The notes under the pieces were generated by a model. It did no database searches, was not told the origin of the DNA, and saw only the letters and a program-made list of their open reading frames with translations. A program made the position numbers and the translations under genes. Of a stretch of 34,532 nt of DNA, positions 17,600 through 26,619 are shown piece after piece (position 1 is the stretch's first letter; every line of letters begins with the position of its first letter). The stretch spans positions 1-34,532 of the forward strand of contig JAKSDB010000421.1 in the NCBI GenBank assembly GCA_022360415.1. Direction: 5' to 3'. Origin of the DNA: Chlorobiales bacterium (GTDB lineage: Bacteria > Bacteroidota > Chlorobiia > Chlorobiales > Chlorobiaceae).

Positions 17600-20500
17600 A
17601 TGGCAAGCAAGTCCAGCACTATCCCGAAAAATCCTGTGCTTGAAACCAGTCAGGACTATCTGACGCTTCGCAGCATGGGGATCGAGTTTATCGAAACTCT
17701 GGGAAGCCGCTGGTGGACTGACTACAATAGTCACGATCCGGGCATAACCTTGCTCGAAGCACTCTGTTATGCCATAACTGACCTTGGATACCGGACAGGG
17801 TGGGATATCAGGGATTTGCTTACTCCCCTGCAATCTACTCCTGATGACTCGCGGGATCAGGCATTTTTTACGGCTCGCGATATTCTGACCATCAGTCCGT
17901 TGACAACAAGCGATTACCGGAGACTTCTGGTCGATACGGACAATATCGCCAATGCGTGGCTCCAGCCGAAAACAGTTGCTTGTGAAACCGATCTCTACGC
18001 CAACTGTGAAGAAGAGCGTCTTAGCTACACCTGTCCACCCGGTAAAAAGAACTGTCTTCCGGTAACACCACTTGGTACCTACGACATTCTTCTTGAACTG
18101 GAAGACGATCCAGTGCTTGGTGATCTGAACGATCGAAAAATCCGCCATGTATTTATCCTGGAGGAGGATAACGAACGATATCCCGTTACTGTTGAGCTGA
18201 GGTTTCCTGAATGGGACGCTGTAACATGGGGCGCTATGGATAACTACATCGATGAAAACGGATCGCTGCTGAACGGGATTAAAAACGTTGAAGTTATTCC
18301 CTCACTGAAAAAAAGTACCGAATCCAGTACCCTTTCGGCAACGGAGGAAAAGCAGCGATGGCAGCAGTGGCAGCGTGTTTTCTTTGCTGATATTACAATT
18401 CATTTTGAGAAGAAGGTTCTCATCGGAAACCGTTTCGTCGGCATGATCGAATTGAAGGGCGTTCCTTTCCGTATGTTCGGTGTAAGAGCGGCAATGACTG
18501 CATTTGCGAAGGAGAGTATCGATGCCTGGGATTTCAAAGAGGCAGCCGGACTGTATCTCAGGAAAATGGCTATGGTGGAGCGAACCCTGAAAGCCATTGG
18601 AGCAGAGCTCCAAAATAACCGAAACCTTTGCGAGGATTTCTGCTCACTCGGGGTGGTTCGCATTCAGGATGTAGCGGTTTGCGCCGATATCGATGTGACT
18701 GCTGATGCCGATATTGAGCTGGTGCTGGCCAATGTGCTTTTCACAATAGAGCAGTACTTCAATCCTGGAATCAAGTTCTATACGATCCAGGAACTCATGG
18801 CAGAAGGTATGGCTGTTGAGGATATCTTTGAGGGGCCGCAACTCAGTCACGGTTTCATTAAGGAGTCGTCTCTTCAAGGAACCATGCTCAAGGACCAGCT
18901 TCGCACGTCCGACATTATTGAAAAACTGGTCGAAATCGATGGAATTATTGCTGTAAGGAACCTGTTGCTTTCCCGTTATGATGAAGATGGTCTTGTTCAA
19001 AGCGGTGGAGCCGATGGAGGAGAGGACGTAAACAGGGACAAACCGAGTGCGGAATGGACGCTCGATATCGATAAGAACTGCCAACCCAGGCTGTACATCG
19101 ATAATTCCAGTTTCATCTTCTACAAAAACGGTCTTCCATTCACTGCCCGACCAAGCGAAGTGCAGGATACACTCAATCAGTTGCGGGGGCAGGAAGAGCG
19201 GCTGAAAATCCGCAAGTTGTCGAACGAAGAGCACGACCTGTCTGTCCCCGAAGGAACCTGGCGCCAACCGGGTGGTTTCGCTCCGGTGCAGTACCTTTTA
19301 CCGCAAACCTATGGCACCGGTCCTGAAGGCGTGCGTGAACCTGCCGACGACAAGCGCCGCAGTCAGGCTCGCCAGCTCAAGGCTTACCTGATGGTATTCG
19401 AGCAAGTACTGGCCAATGCATTTTCCCAGCTCGCCAACATCCGGTCTCTTTTTTCGCTGGATCAGAATCAACGGCAGAGCTATTTCGTGCACAACCTTAA
19501 CGACGAAACGCTTATCAGGGGTGTTACTGAGCTGCTTAAACCATCGTTGACAAAAAAAGAACTTGAAGCACTGGCCGAAAGCGAGCCTGAGCAGCTTGAG
19601 AGGCGAAACCGCTTTCTCGATCACCTTATGGCCCGATTCGGCGAACAGTTTTCAGAATATGCACTTATGCTGACCAGCCACTATGGAGATCAGGTGGCTG
19701 CAAGAGATTTGATTGCCGTCAAAAGCGCGTTTCTGAAAGCCTATCCGCTGATCAGCCGTAATCGGGCAAAGAGCTTCAACTACAGGCAGGTGCTGCCGAC
19801 ACCGGAAAATCAGCCCGCCTTACGTAAGCGCATATCGCTGCTCCTGGGACTCGACCCTGAAATGGAAACGAAAATCATTATAGTCGAGCACCTTCTTCTG
19901 CGGCCGAAATTTCCCGGCGACGCCCTTATGGAGGTCTGTCTCGGTAAAAGCTGCCCGCAATGCGGTGAAGAAGATCCGTATTCATTCCAATACACTGTTG
20001 TGATGCCTGGCTGGGCTAAGCCATTTGACAGCAATATCGAACTTCGGCGCTTTGCCGATCGCACCATCCGAATGGAAATGCCCGCACATCTCCTGGGAAA
20101 GATCTGCTGGGTCAGCAATCTGGAATTAGGCGAAGGGAAAGATGGCAAGGTGAAAGAGGATCTTGCCAATCTGCTTCGGGAAGAGGGAAGGAATGCCCGG
20201 AATGCGCGCCCGGGGAAGGTCAGTGCAGCAAACGGTGCCTCTAAAATATATACAGCTGCGCAAAAAACAGTCACAATTGCCTTGCAAACGAGAAAGATTC
20301 ACAACGCAGGAGAAACGGAAAACCGTAAAAGGATCATCAATTTACTCCACACTGATCTGGAGCCACTGGAGAACATCTACGGCGGCATTAAGAACTATGA
20401 TCTCGTCGGTGACCGGATCTACACATTACTTGCCGACCATTTTGCACGTATTGTCGAGGATGACTGCTGGCTGCTCTATGAGCGTTTCAGGGAGGCATGG

Positions 20501-20968
20501 GAGGAATGGCTGAAAGTAAATGCCGGATCAGACTGGCGTTCTGCCCGGGTGATAGAAAAAATTGAATCGGCTTTGCCGGTCGGGATGATTTCCAGGATGC
20601 CGAACGTGTCAAAAGAGATTGCAATGGGGTTCGGGGTGTTTTTTTCAGATGAGATGAAGCGACTTGTATCGGATGGCAAGACCATCGACCAGGAATTGCG
20701 ACAGAAAGAGGTCAAGCGGATTTTCGGCCTGGCATCCGTCGAAATTGAGAGGTTGACGGGTGGAACCCTGACTGCCTCACAGAAAAGCAGGCTACGTAAA
20801 CGCTGTGCCGAAATATATGCCGACCTTGTCGATGTATCCATGAAGCTCTGGAAAGTGCTGATGCTGTTGTCAAAGCTTCATAGTGTCTATCCGCCGGCGA
20901 CACTGCACGATTGCGATGATGGTAATGATGAAAATCCGGTTCGTCTCGGAAGCACGCGACTCGGATGA
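17600..20968 (+). CDS. Afp12-like eCIS baseplate protein
   Basis: WTDYNSHDPGITLLEALCYAITDLGYR, RNLCEDF, RRNRFLDHLMARFGE, VEHLLLRP, DPYSF, PAHL..KICW, VYPPATLHDC. Start placed at ATG 17600; the ORF track starts at TTG 17588. Confidence 0.9.
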   Translation: MASKSSTIPKNPVLETSQDYLTLRSMGIEFIETLGSRWWTDYNSHDPGITLLEALCYAITDLGYRTGWDIRDLLTPLQSTPDDSRDQAFFTARDILTISPLTTSDYRRLLVDTDNIANAWLQPKTVACETDLYANCEEERLSYTCPPGKKNCLPVTPLGTYDILLELEDDPVLGDLNDRKIRHVFILEEDNERYPVTVELRFPEWDAVTWGAMDNYIDENGSLLNGIKNVEVIPSLKKSTESSTLSATEEKQRWQQWQRVFFADITIHFEKKVLIGNRFVGMIELKGVPFRMFGVRAAMTAFAKESIDAWDFKEAAGLYLRKMAMVERTLKAIGAELQNNRNLCEDFCSLGVVRIQDVAVCADIDVTADADIELVLANVLFTIEQYFNPGIKFYTIQELMAEGMAVEDIFEGPQLSHGFIKESSLQGTMLKDQLRTSDIIEKLVEIDGIIAVRNLLLSRYDEDGLVQSGGADGGEDVNRDKPSAEWTLDIDKNCQPRLYIDNSSFIFYKNGLPFTARPSEVQDTLNQLRGQEERLKIRKLSNEEHDLSVPEGTWRQPGGFAPVQYLLPQTYGTGPEGVREPADDKRRSQARQLKAYLMVFEQVLANAFSQLANIRSLFSLDQNQRQSYFVHNLNDETLIRGVTELLKPSLTKKELEALAESEPEQLERRNRFLDHLMARFGEQFSEYALMLTSHYGDQVAARDLIAVKSAFLKAYPLISRNRAKSFNYRQVLPTPENQPALRKRISLLLGLDPEMETKIIIVEHLLLRPKFPGDALMEVCLGKSCPQCGEEDPYSFQYTVVMPGWAKPFDSNIELRRFADRTIRMEMPAHLLGKICWVSNLELGEGKDGKVKEDLANLLREEGRNARNARPGKVSAANGASKIYTAAQKTVTIALQTRKIHNAGETENRKRIINLLHTDLEPLENIYGGIKNYDLVGDRIYTLLADHFARIVEDDCWLLYERFREAWEEWLKVNAGSDWRSARVIEKIESALPVGMISRMPNVSKEIAMGFGVFFSDEMKRLVSDGKTIDQELRQKEVKRIFGLASVEIERLTGGTLTASQKSRLRKRCAEIYADLVDVSMKLWKVLMLLSKLHSVYPPATLHDCDDGNDENPVRLGSTRLG

Positions 20969-21041
20969 GAACAATGAATACGAACGGGAACTGAGCTGAC
21001 GACACTATTTAAAATTCAGTAACGTCCAAACAAAGACCGTT

Positions 21042-24000
21042 ATGATACCAACGATAAAGGAATATGGGGTTTTCGAGGCCAACCAGGTACTGACCGCCTC
21101 CCAACTGAACAACCAGAAAGATTACCTGGACGAACAGAACCGGCTGACCCGGGCGACGATTCATGGCATCGGCGTTGTCTGCGGGCTGGAGATCGGTGTA
21201 GACAAACCGGGTGGTGCGGCAAAGCTGATTATATCGAAAGGCTGCGGCATAACCAGCGAGGGTTACCTGGCAGTGGTGGGAAACCGGGACTTCATCGCTG
21301 ACAAATATCTGGACTATACCATCAACGATGACTACTCCCTCCTCTCGATCAATCATACAAACAAGTATCCTTTATGGGAATTGCTCGATGACGCCCATGA
21401 TGCCTACGACAAGGGACACGCCATAACACCGGCTTTTCTGGAAAAGAAAGTCGTGCTGTTGTATGTGGAACTTCTGGAAAAAGATCTGAATGCATGCAGT
21501 GCAGCCTCATGCGACGGTACGGGTCTGAGCATTCAGGTTACATTGCGGAAACTGCTTATCGAGGAGAGCGATCTGGAGAAGCTTCATGCGGAGATCGAGA
21601 AGAATACCGAGGCCGAAAATGCTCATGGTGACTTTACCCCTGATATGGCATCAAGACTTGAGCTGGCTGACCTCAAATTGCCGAGATTCGATGTGCCTTC
21701 ACCGAAAAACATGGAAGCTTCATCCATTTTTGATGCCTATCGTGAAATCCTGTTGCCCTCACCGAGCAGTTCTGAAGATAATAAAAGCCTTTTTGAGGTC
21801 GTTGGAGATACGCTTGATAAATGTTACAACGCTTTCAAACCGATACTGCCCGAAAGCACTTGGTCATTCACCGACAAGCTGAAAAGGATCAAAAAAACAT
21901 ATAAGAGCATTCAAGCAGATGAGAGAGTCATCTTCTCACAATATTTCTATGACTTTCTTGGCGACCTTATCGAGGCCTACGAGGAGTTTCGGTGGAAAGC
22001 CCTGGATTTCATGTCACTCTGCAATCCTCCACAAACACTTTTTCCGCGCCATCTGGAGCTTGGAAAAGCCGCAAAAGGTGATTCTCCGGAACAAAAAAAA
22101 GCGTACCGTCACATTTTTCGACCATCTCCTGCTTTGTCAACCGGCGCCTCGTCAGGCGAAGAAGTCAGGCAGCTCTTCAAGCGGCTGAGGCTTCTTGTTG
22201 AACAATTTCTGAAGAATATCCCGGAGGAGTCACGCTCTGTCAAGTCATCGATAAAAGTGACGCCAAGCCGTTCAGGAAATGCTGTACTATCAGACAAGGC
22301 GATTCCTTTTTACTATGTAATTTCCGGGAACTTGCTGAGCGCGTGGAATTATACAAAAACGAAAAGAGGCCGTGCAGACCGGAACCTTGGATATCATGTA
22401 AACGGTAGCACCGATGCGCTCCTGTACGATCTTGAACACTATAACTTTTTCCGGATTGAAGGACATATTGGCTCAGACTGGCGCAGCACGATGAAAAGCC
22501 TCCTTACTTCGATCAGAAACTACCGTTTGCCTTTTGATGTGGTCGCGCTCAATGCACATCCCTCAACGGTTTCAGCCGATGTGCTCGATGATCCTTTACT
22601 TTCGCATTGCCTTACGAATGATCTTGAAATCATTTACGATGCATGGGCAAAGGAACTTGAGTGCCTCTTCCGCGACAATATCAACAAGCTGACTGATTTC
22701 AGACTCAGATCCCCAAAGGAATCGGAAACCGTTGTCGTGAGTAAGATTAGTCCTTCTACTTCAGGAGTTAAAAAAAACGTCCGAAAGGTCAGCGTCGAGG
22801 ATGCTATTGTCACCGGAGACGGCACATTCGGCAACATTCTCGTGGATTCGATGAGAAGCAAAAAAGGAAGTTCGACGTTAACATTGAAAGAAAGTTTCAG
22901 GACGTCAGTGCTGAAAGATGTACCGGAGCTCAATGATCTGTCGTTACATGAATTCGATCTTGCCATCGGCAACCGTCTGGAAATCGTAACGGCTATGATG
23001 GATTTTACCAATACACTGCCGGATTCAGCAAGCCTGATGAAATACGATGCTGTCAGGGACAAATACGATGTAATGGCGAACGCTGTCAAGCATTATCGTG
23101 CCGGGCTATCGGAATACAAGCCGTCTGGAGAGAAACCGGTATTGACAGAGGCTCAAAAAGAGGCGACCCAAAAAGAGCTTGAAAAGGTGTTGGAAAGCTG
23201 CCTGATGGCACGTCTTGAAACGTTACACGAGGAACTTGAAGAACGCAAAAAGGAAGTGGACGAACTGGTTTTCTTCAATAAATATGTCCGGAAACATCCC
23301 GGCATTACCCATAAGGCCGGGGTTCCTTCGGGTGGCACTTTTATCCTGGTTTTTCAGGAAACACCTTCGAAATCAGGAAAATACCCGACGAAAACACGGG
23401 ATTCATACTCGATACCGGAACGGGTCGTCATTGCAGACTTTTTCCTTCCCTATCGCAGTTCTTCCGACTGTGCGCCGTTACAATTCGTAATGCCGGCGGC
23501 AAGGCCTGTTTTCAGCATGAGCCATGATTGCCCGGATGAAAACGGTATTGCGCGCGTAGACCTTGATTTCAGTTACCGGGTACCACCTTGCGAAGTCAAG
23601 ATTGACGATCGTGACTATGTACCTCTTGTCGATGACCGGATAACACTTGCAGTAGGGACACATGTCGTGACCGTAAGGGATGCGGAAGGGGGTGTTTCAC
23701 TTGCACAATCAATCGAGGTCAGCCCTGGCCTGACCGTTGAACCGGAGGACCCGGTCTGCGATGAACAGAATAACTACTCTGTAAAAATAAAAGTACAAAA
23801 TGCCCGGCTGCCTATCACCCTGAATGGAGAAGAAGTTGAGGCTAAAGAAGAAGGACCGAACCGTTACACCGTTACAACGGGTAAATTCCAGAGCGGGAGA
23901 ACAGTTCGGGTATCGGTCGGTGACGCATCGGATTGCCCTGAAAAAGAACTAACCTTTTCGCACACCTGCTGCGACTTGCCTTGTCAGGGTATCGCTCTTC

Positions 24001-24749
24001 GACGCGGCTATCGCCTTCTGACTCCCGAGCGTTCACGATCACAACAACGCGATCTTCATGTTGATTTCTGGATCGAGTATCCGAAAGGAGAAAAGCTCGA
24101 TTTATCCGATGAAGCCAAAAAGATTCTCATCGAGGGTCATGATGTCTTCAATGAGATAAACTCCCTGATCGACAGGAAAACCGGGGTTGACGGATGGATG
24201 CAATTTCATCAGGAGTCACGGTCGAACATGGTGACCAAAGTAAAAACGCTCTGGATCGAATATTTTGAATGTCTTGAAAAGAAATTCAGTTTCAACTTCA
24301 TCTGGTCAACCGTAGTTGCCAGACGACATAAAACGGTTGTTTCCATCAGCATCAGTCCGAATAAAAGTGTTATCAGGATAGAAAAGGGCGATGAATCTCG
24401 AAGAACTGTAGTTATCCCTGCTTTTGATGGTCTCAGAATAGACAAATGTGTTCCGGACAGCCCGGAGGAAATGCTGTGCAAGGAACCGCATTTGAGTCTT
24501 ACTGTTCTAAAACCGAAAATTGAAGGGAACACGGTTAGTTTGAGTGTCAAGCAATCGGGAACAGATAGGGCGGTGGCCTTTTTGTGGGAATTGCCCCGAT
24601 CGGTGGAGAAAATCGGTAACGGGAAAACAGCCAGATTTACATTTACCGGGGTTCCAGACGGCCAAATCCGTTTCAGAGTTACGGCATTTACCAGACGTGG
24701 TTGCAGGGTAATAAAAAACGATAGATTTACATTTGATAACACGCAGTAG
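21042..24749 (+). CDS. Afp13-like eCIS tail fibre protein with C-terminal Ig/PKD-like beta domains
   Basis: N-terminal FEANQVLTASQLN...EQNRLTRA.IHGIGVVCGL...GCGITSEG; FFRIEGHIG; HPGITHKAGVPSGGTFILV; VIADFFLPY; Cys-containing beta-rich C-terminus. Confidence 0.75.
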   Translation: MIPTIKEYGVFEANQVLTASQLNNQKDYLDEQNRLTRATIHGIGVVCGLEIGVDKPGGAAKLIISKGCGITSEGYLAVVGNRDFIADKYLDYTINDDYSLLSINHTNKYPLWELLDDAHDAYDKGHAITPAFLEKKVVLLYVELLEKDLNACSAASCDGTGLSIQVTLRKLLIEESDLEKLHAEIEKNTEAENAHGDFTPDMASRLELADLKLPRFDVPSPKNMEASSIFDAYREILLPSPSSSEDNKSLFEVVGDTLDKCYNAFKPILPESTWSFTDKLKRIKKTYKSIQADERVIFSQYFYDFLGDLIEAYEEFRWKALDFMSLCNPPQTLFPRHLELGKAAKGDSPEQKKAYRHIFRPSPALSTGASSGEEVRQLFKRLRLLVEQFLKNIPEESRSVKSSIKVTPSRSGNAVLSDKAIPFYYVISGNLLSAWNYTKTKRGRADRNLGYHVNGSTDALLYDLEHYNFFRIEGHIGSDWRSTMKSLLTSIRNYRLPFDVVALNAHPSTVSADVLDDPLLSHCLTNDLEIIYDAWAKELECLFRDNINKLTDFRLRSPKESETVVVSKISPSTSGVKKNVRKVSVEDAIVTGDGTFGNILVDSMRSKKGSSTLTLKESFRTSVLKDVPELNDLSLHEFDLAIGNRLEIVTAMMDFTNTLPDSASLMKYDAVRDKYDVMANAVKHYRAGLSEYKPSGEKPVLTEAQKEATQKELEKVLESCLMARLETLHEELEERKKEVDELVFFNKYVRKHPGITHKAGVPSGGTFILVFQETPSKSGKYPTKTRDSYSIPERVVIADFFLPYRSSSDCAPLQFVMPAARPVFSMSHDCPDENGIARVDLDFSYRVPPCEVKIDDRDYVPLVDDRITLAVGTHVVTVRDAEGGVSLAQSIEVSPGLTVEPEDPVCDEQNNYSVKIKVQNARLPITLNGEEVEAKEEGPNRYTVTTGKFQSGRTVRVSVGDASDCPEKELTFSHTCCDLPCQGIALRRGYRLLTPERSRSQQRDLHVDFWIEYPKGEKLDLSDEAKKILIEGHDVFNEINSLIDRKTGVDGWMQFHQESRSNMVTKVKTLWIEYFECLEKKFSFNFIWSTVVARRHKTVVSISISPNKSVIRIEKGDESRRTVVIPAFDGLRIDKCVPDSPEEMLCKEPHLSLTVLKPKIEGNTVSLSVKQSGTDRAVAFLWELPRSVEKIGNGKTARFTFTGVPDGQIRFRVTAFTRRGCRVIKNDRFTFDNTQ

Positions 24750-24764
24750 GGTAAGGTTCTACAC

Positions 24765-26600
24765 ATGTCAGACACTCAGCAACATTCAATCCGGCGCCAG
24801 TTTCTGGAAGTCGAGCTACAGGGGAGAGAATCGGATGCAACCACGCTACAAGATTCGATGTCTGATATATGTGCACGGCGGCTTGTCCCCGCTATTGAAA
24901 AGGTGTTGAACCGTTACGCCCAGCCTGATGGTTTTCTTACCATCGAACGCATTGAGATCGATGCAGGAATTGTTAGCCTTGAGCGGCTGGAGAAAGAGTT
25001 TCCCTCGGCGGTTGCTGAAGCTTTAGACAAAATCCTGCAGGATGTGACGCTTAACAATGGCATCTCAGACTCTGCGACAATTGGCAGTATCCGGCACAGG
25101 TCCAAGCCGGAGAGCATTACTGAAATTGTTCTTTTTTTTCTTGAACATGGAACATTGCCCTGGTCTTTCAGTACCCTGCCGATTACTGAATTCGAGTCAA
25201 TAATTCAAAAGAGCTGGAAGGAACTTGAACAAACTGACAGCGGCATTGCGAGCCTGAAAACAGCATTGCTTGAAACGTTATGTTCCCCGACCGCACGGGC
25301 ACGTCTGATCCGGCAATTCAGCCATGATTTTCTCGAAAAAGTGCTCGGCCTTTTCAGTGGTCAAGCAAAACAGATACTGACCCGATGGTTTGAACGCTTC
25401 CAACGTAACGATATACCCGCAATTCTCATAAAGCAGATCGAATACCTGTTCTGGGATACGGCTTTTGTCCATGTTGTCTCCGGAAAAGCTCTGTCAGAAA
25501 GAGCGATCCTGAAGGAAATACAAGCAGACTTGAACGATCTGGAGATACCGGAACCCGAACTGAAAAGTGTGCTCGACAGCTGTCTGAACGATAACACAGA
25601 AACAGGAGCAATACAGACGCCTTCAGCCGAAACTAAAGAACAGGTATCTGAAACAAGGCAACCGCTTGTGCAAGGTAAAAAAGCACCTGCTTCCGCGCCG
25701 GAACAGCAACCTGAACAACAGACCTCGGATAACAGTCGTCCAGGAGCCGAGGACACCCCAATAGCTTCTTCAGCCGAGTCCGGGAAACTTGTGGATACTG
25801 AAAAACATGAACCTGCAAGCAGTTCCGGTGACAGCCAAAAAGATGAGCATCCCGACAGGAAGTCTGACATTAGCTCTAAAGAGGATAGACAGCCGGGTGA
25901 AACACGCTTGTCTGCTGAAAGCGAAGGACAACCGGCCAGCAAACGTTCTCAGTCAGTCGAGCGAAAAACGGAACAGAAAAAACATCCTGAGCAGCCGGAA
26001 GCCGGAAAACCAAAGTTTTTTCCAGAACCGCTGTCTCCGGAAAGACTTCAGGCCGCAAAAAATCACGAAGCATTCCCTTACGACGAGCATCCCGACAAAA
26101 ACGCCGGGCTCTTTATCAATTACGCTGGACTGGTTCTGCTTCATCCTTTTCTGCCGCAATTTTTCAGAGGCATTGGGATTGCAGAAAAAGAAGCGCTTCT
26201 CTATCCCGATCGAGCCCTTTATGTGCTGCACTATCTTGCCACCGGAAAATGGAATGCGCCGGAATATGACCTTGCCTTTATGAAAGTTCTCTGTGGCATT
26301 TCCGTTGAATCTGTGACAGGCCCCGAAGACGGACCCCGGTCTGAGGAAGAAGATGAAACGGCAGCGCTTTTATATGCGGTAATCCGCCATTGGAAAGCCT
26401 TGAAAAACACCAGCCCTGAAAGTCTCAGAGAAACGTTTCTGAAACGAGCCGGGAAGGTATCAGAACAAAGTAACGGTGAATGGCTGTTACAAGTGGAATC
26501 GAAAGGTTATGACGTTCTCCTGGACCAGCTCCCCTGGGGAATTTCCATGATCAGACTGCCCTGGATGCCCCGAATGCTCCGGGTAGAATGGGTATCGTAA
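24765..26600 (+). CDS. Contractile injection system tape measure protein (CIS_TMP / Afp14-like)
   Basis: IERIEIDAG, FFLEHGTLPW, RARLIRQF, INYAGLVLLHPFL, KVLCG, LRETFLKRAG, DVLLDQLPWG...LPWM...VEW. Confidence 0.9.
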   Translation: MSDTQQHSIRRQFLEVELQGRESDATTLQDSMSDICARRLVPAIEKVLNRYAQPDGFLTIERIEIDAGIVSLERLEKEFPSAVAEALDKILQDVTLNNGISDSATIGSIRHRSKPESITEIVLFFLEHGTLPWSFSTLPITEFESIIQKSWKELEQTDSGIASLKTALLETLCSPTARARLIRQFSHDFLEKVLGLFSGQAKQILTRWFERFQRNDIPAILIKQIEYLFWDTAFVHVVSGKALSERAILKEIQADLNDLEIPEPELKSVLDSCLNDNTETGAIQTPSAETKEQVSETRQPLVQGKKAPASAPEQQPEQQTSDNSRPGAEDTPIASSAESGKLVDTEKHEPASSSGDSQKDEHPDRKSDISSKEDRQPGETRLSAESEGQPASKRSQSVERKTEQKKHPEQPEAGKPKFFPEPLSPERLQAAKNHEAFPYDEHPDKNAGLFINYAGLVLLHPFLPQFFRGIGIAEKEALLYPDRALYVLHYLATGKWNAPEYDLAFMKVLCGISVESVTGPEDGPRSEEEDETAALLYAVIRHWKALKNTSPESLRETFLKRAGKVSEQSNGEWLLQVESKGYDVLLDQLPWGISMIRLPWMPRMLRVEWVS

Positions 26601-26619
26601 CGCTGGATAAGATGTGGCG

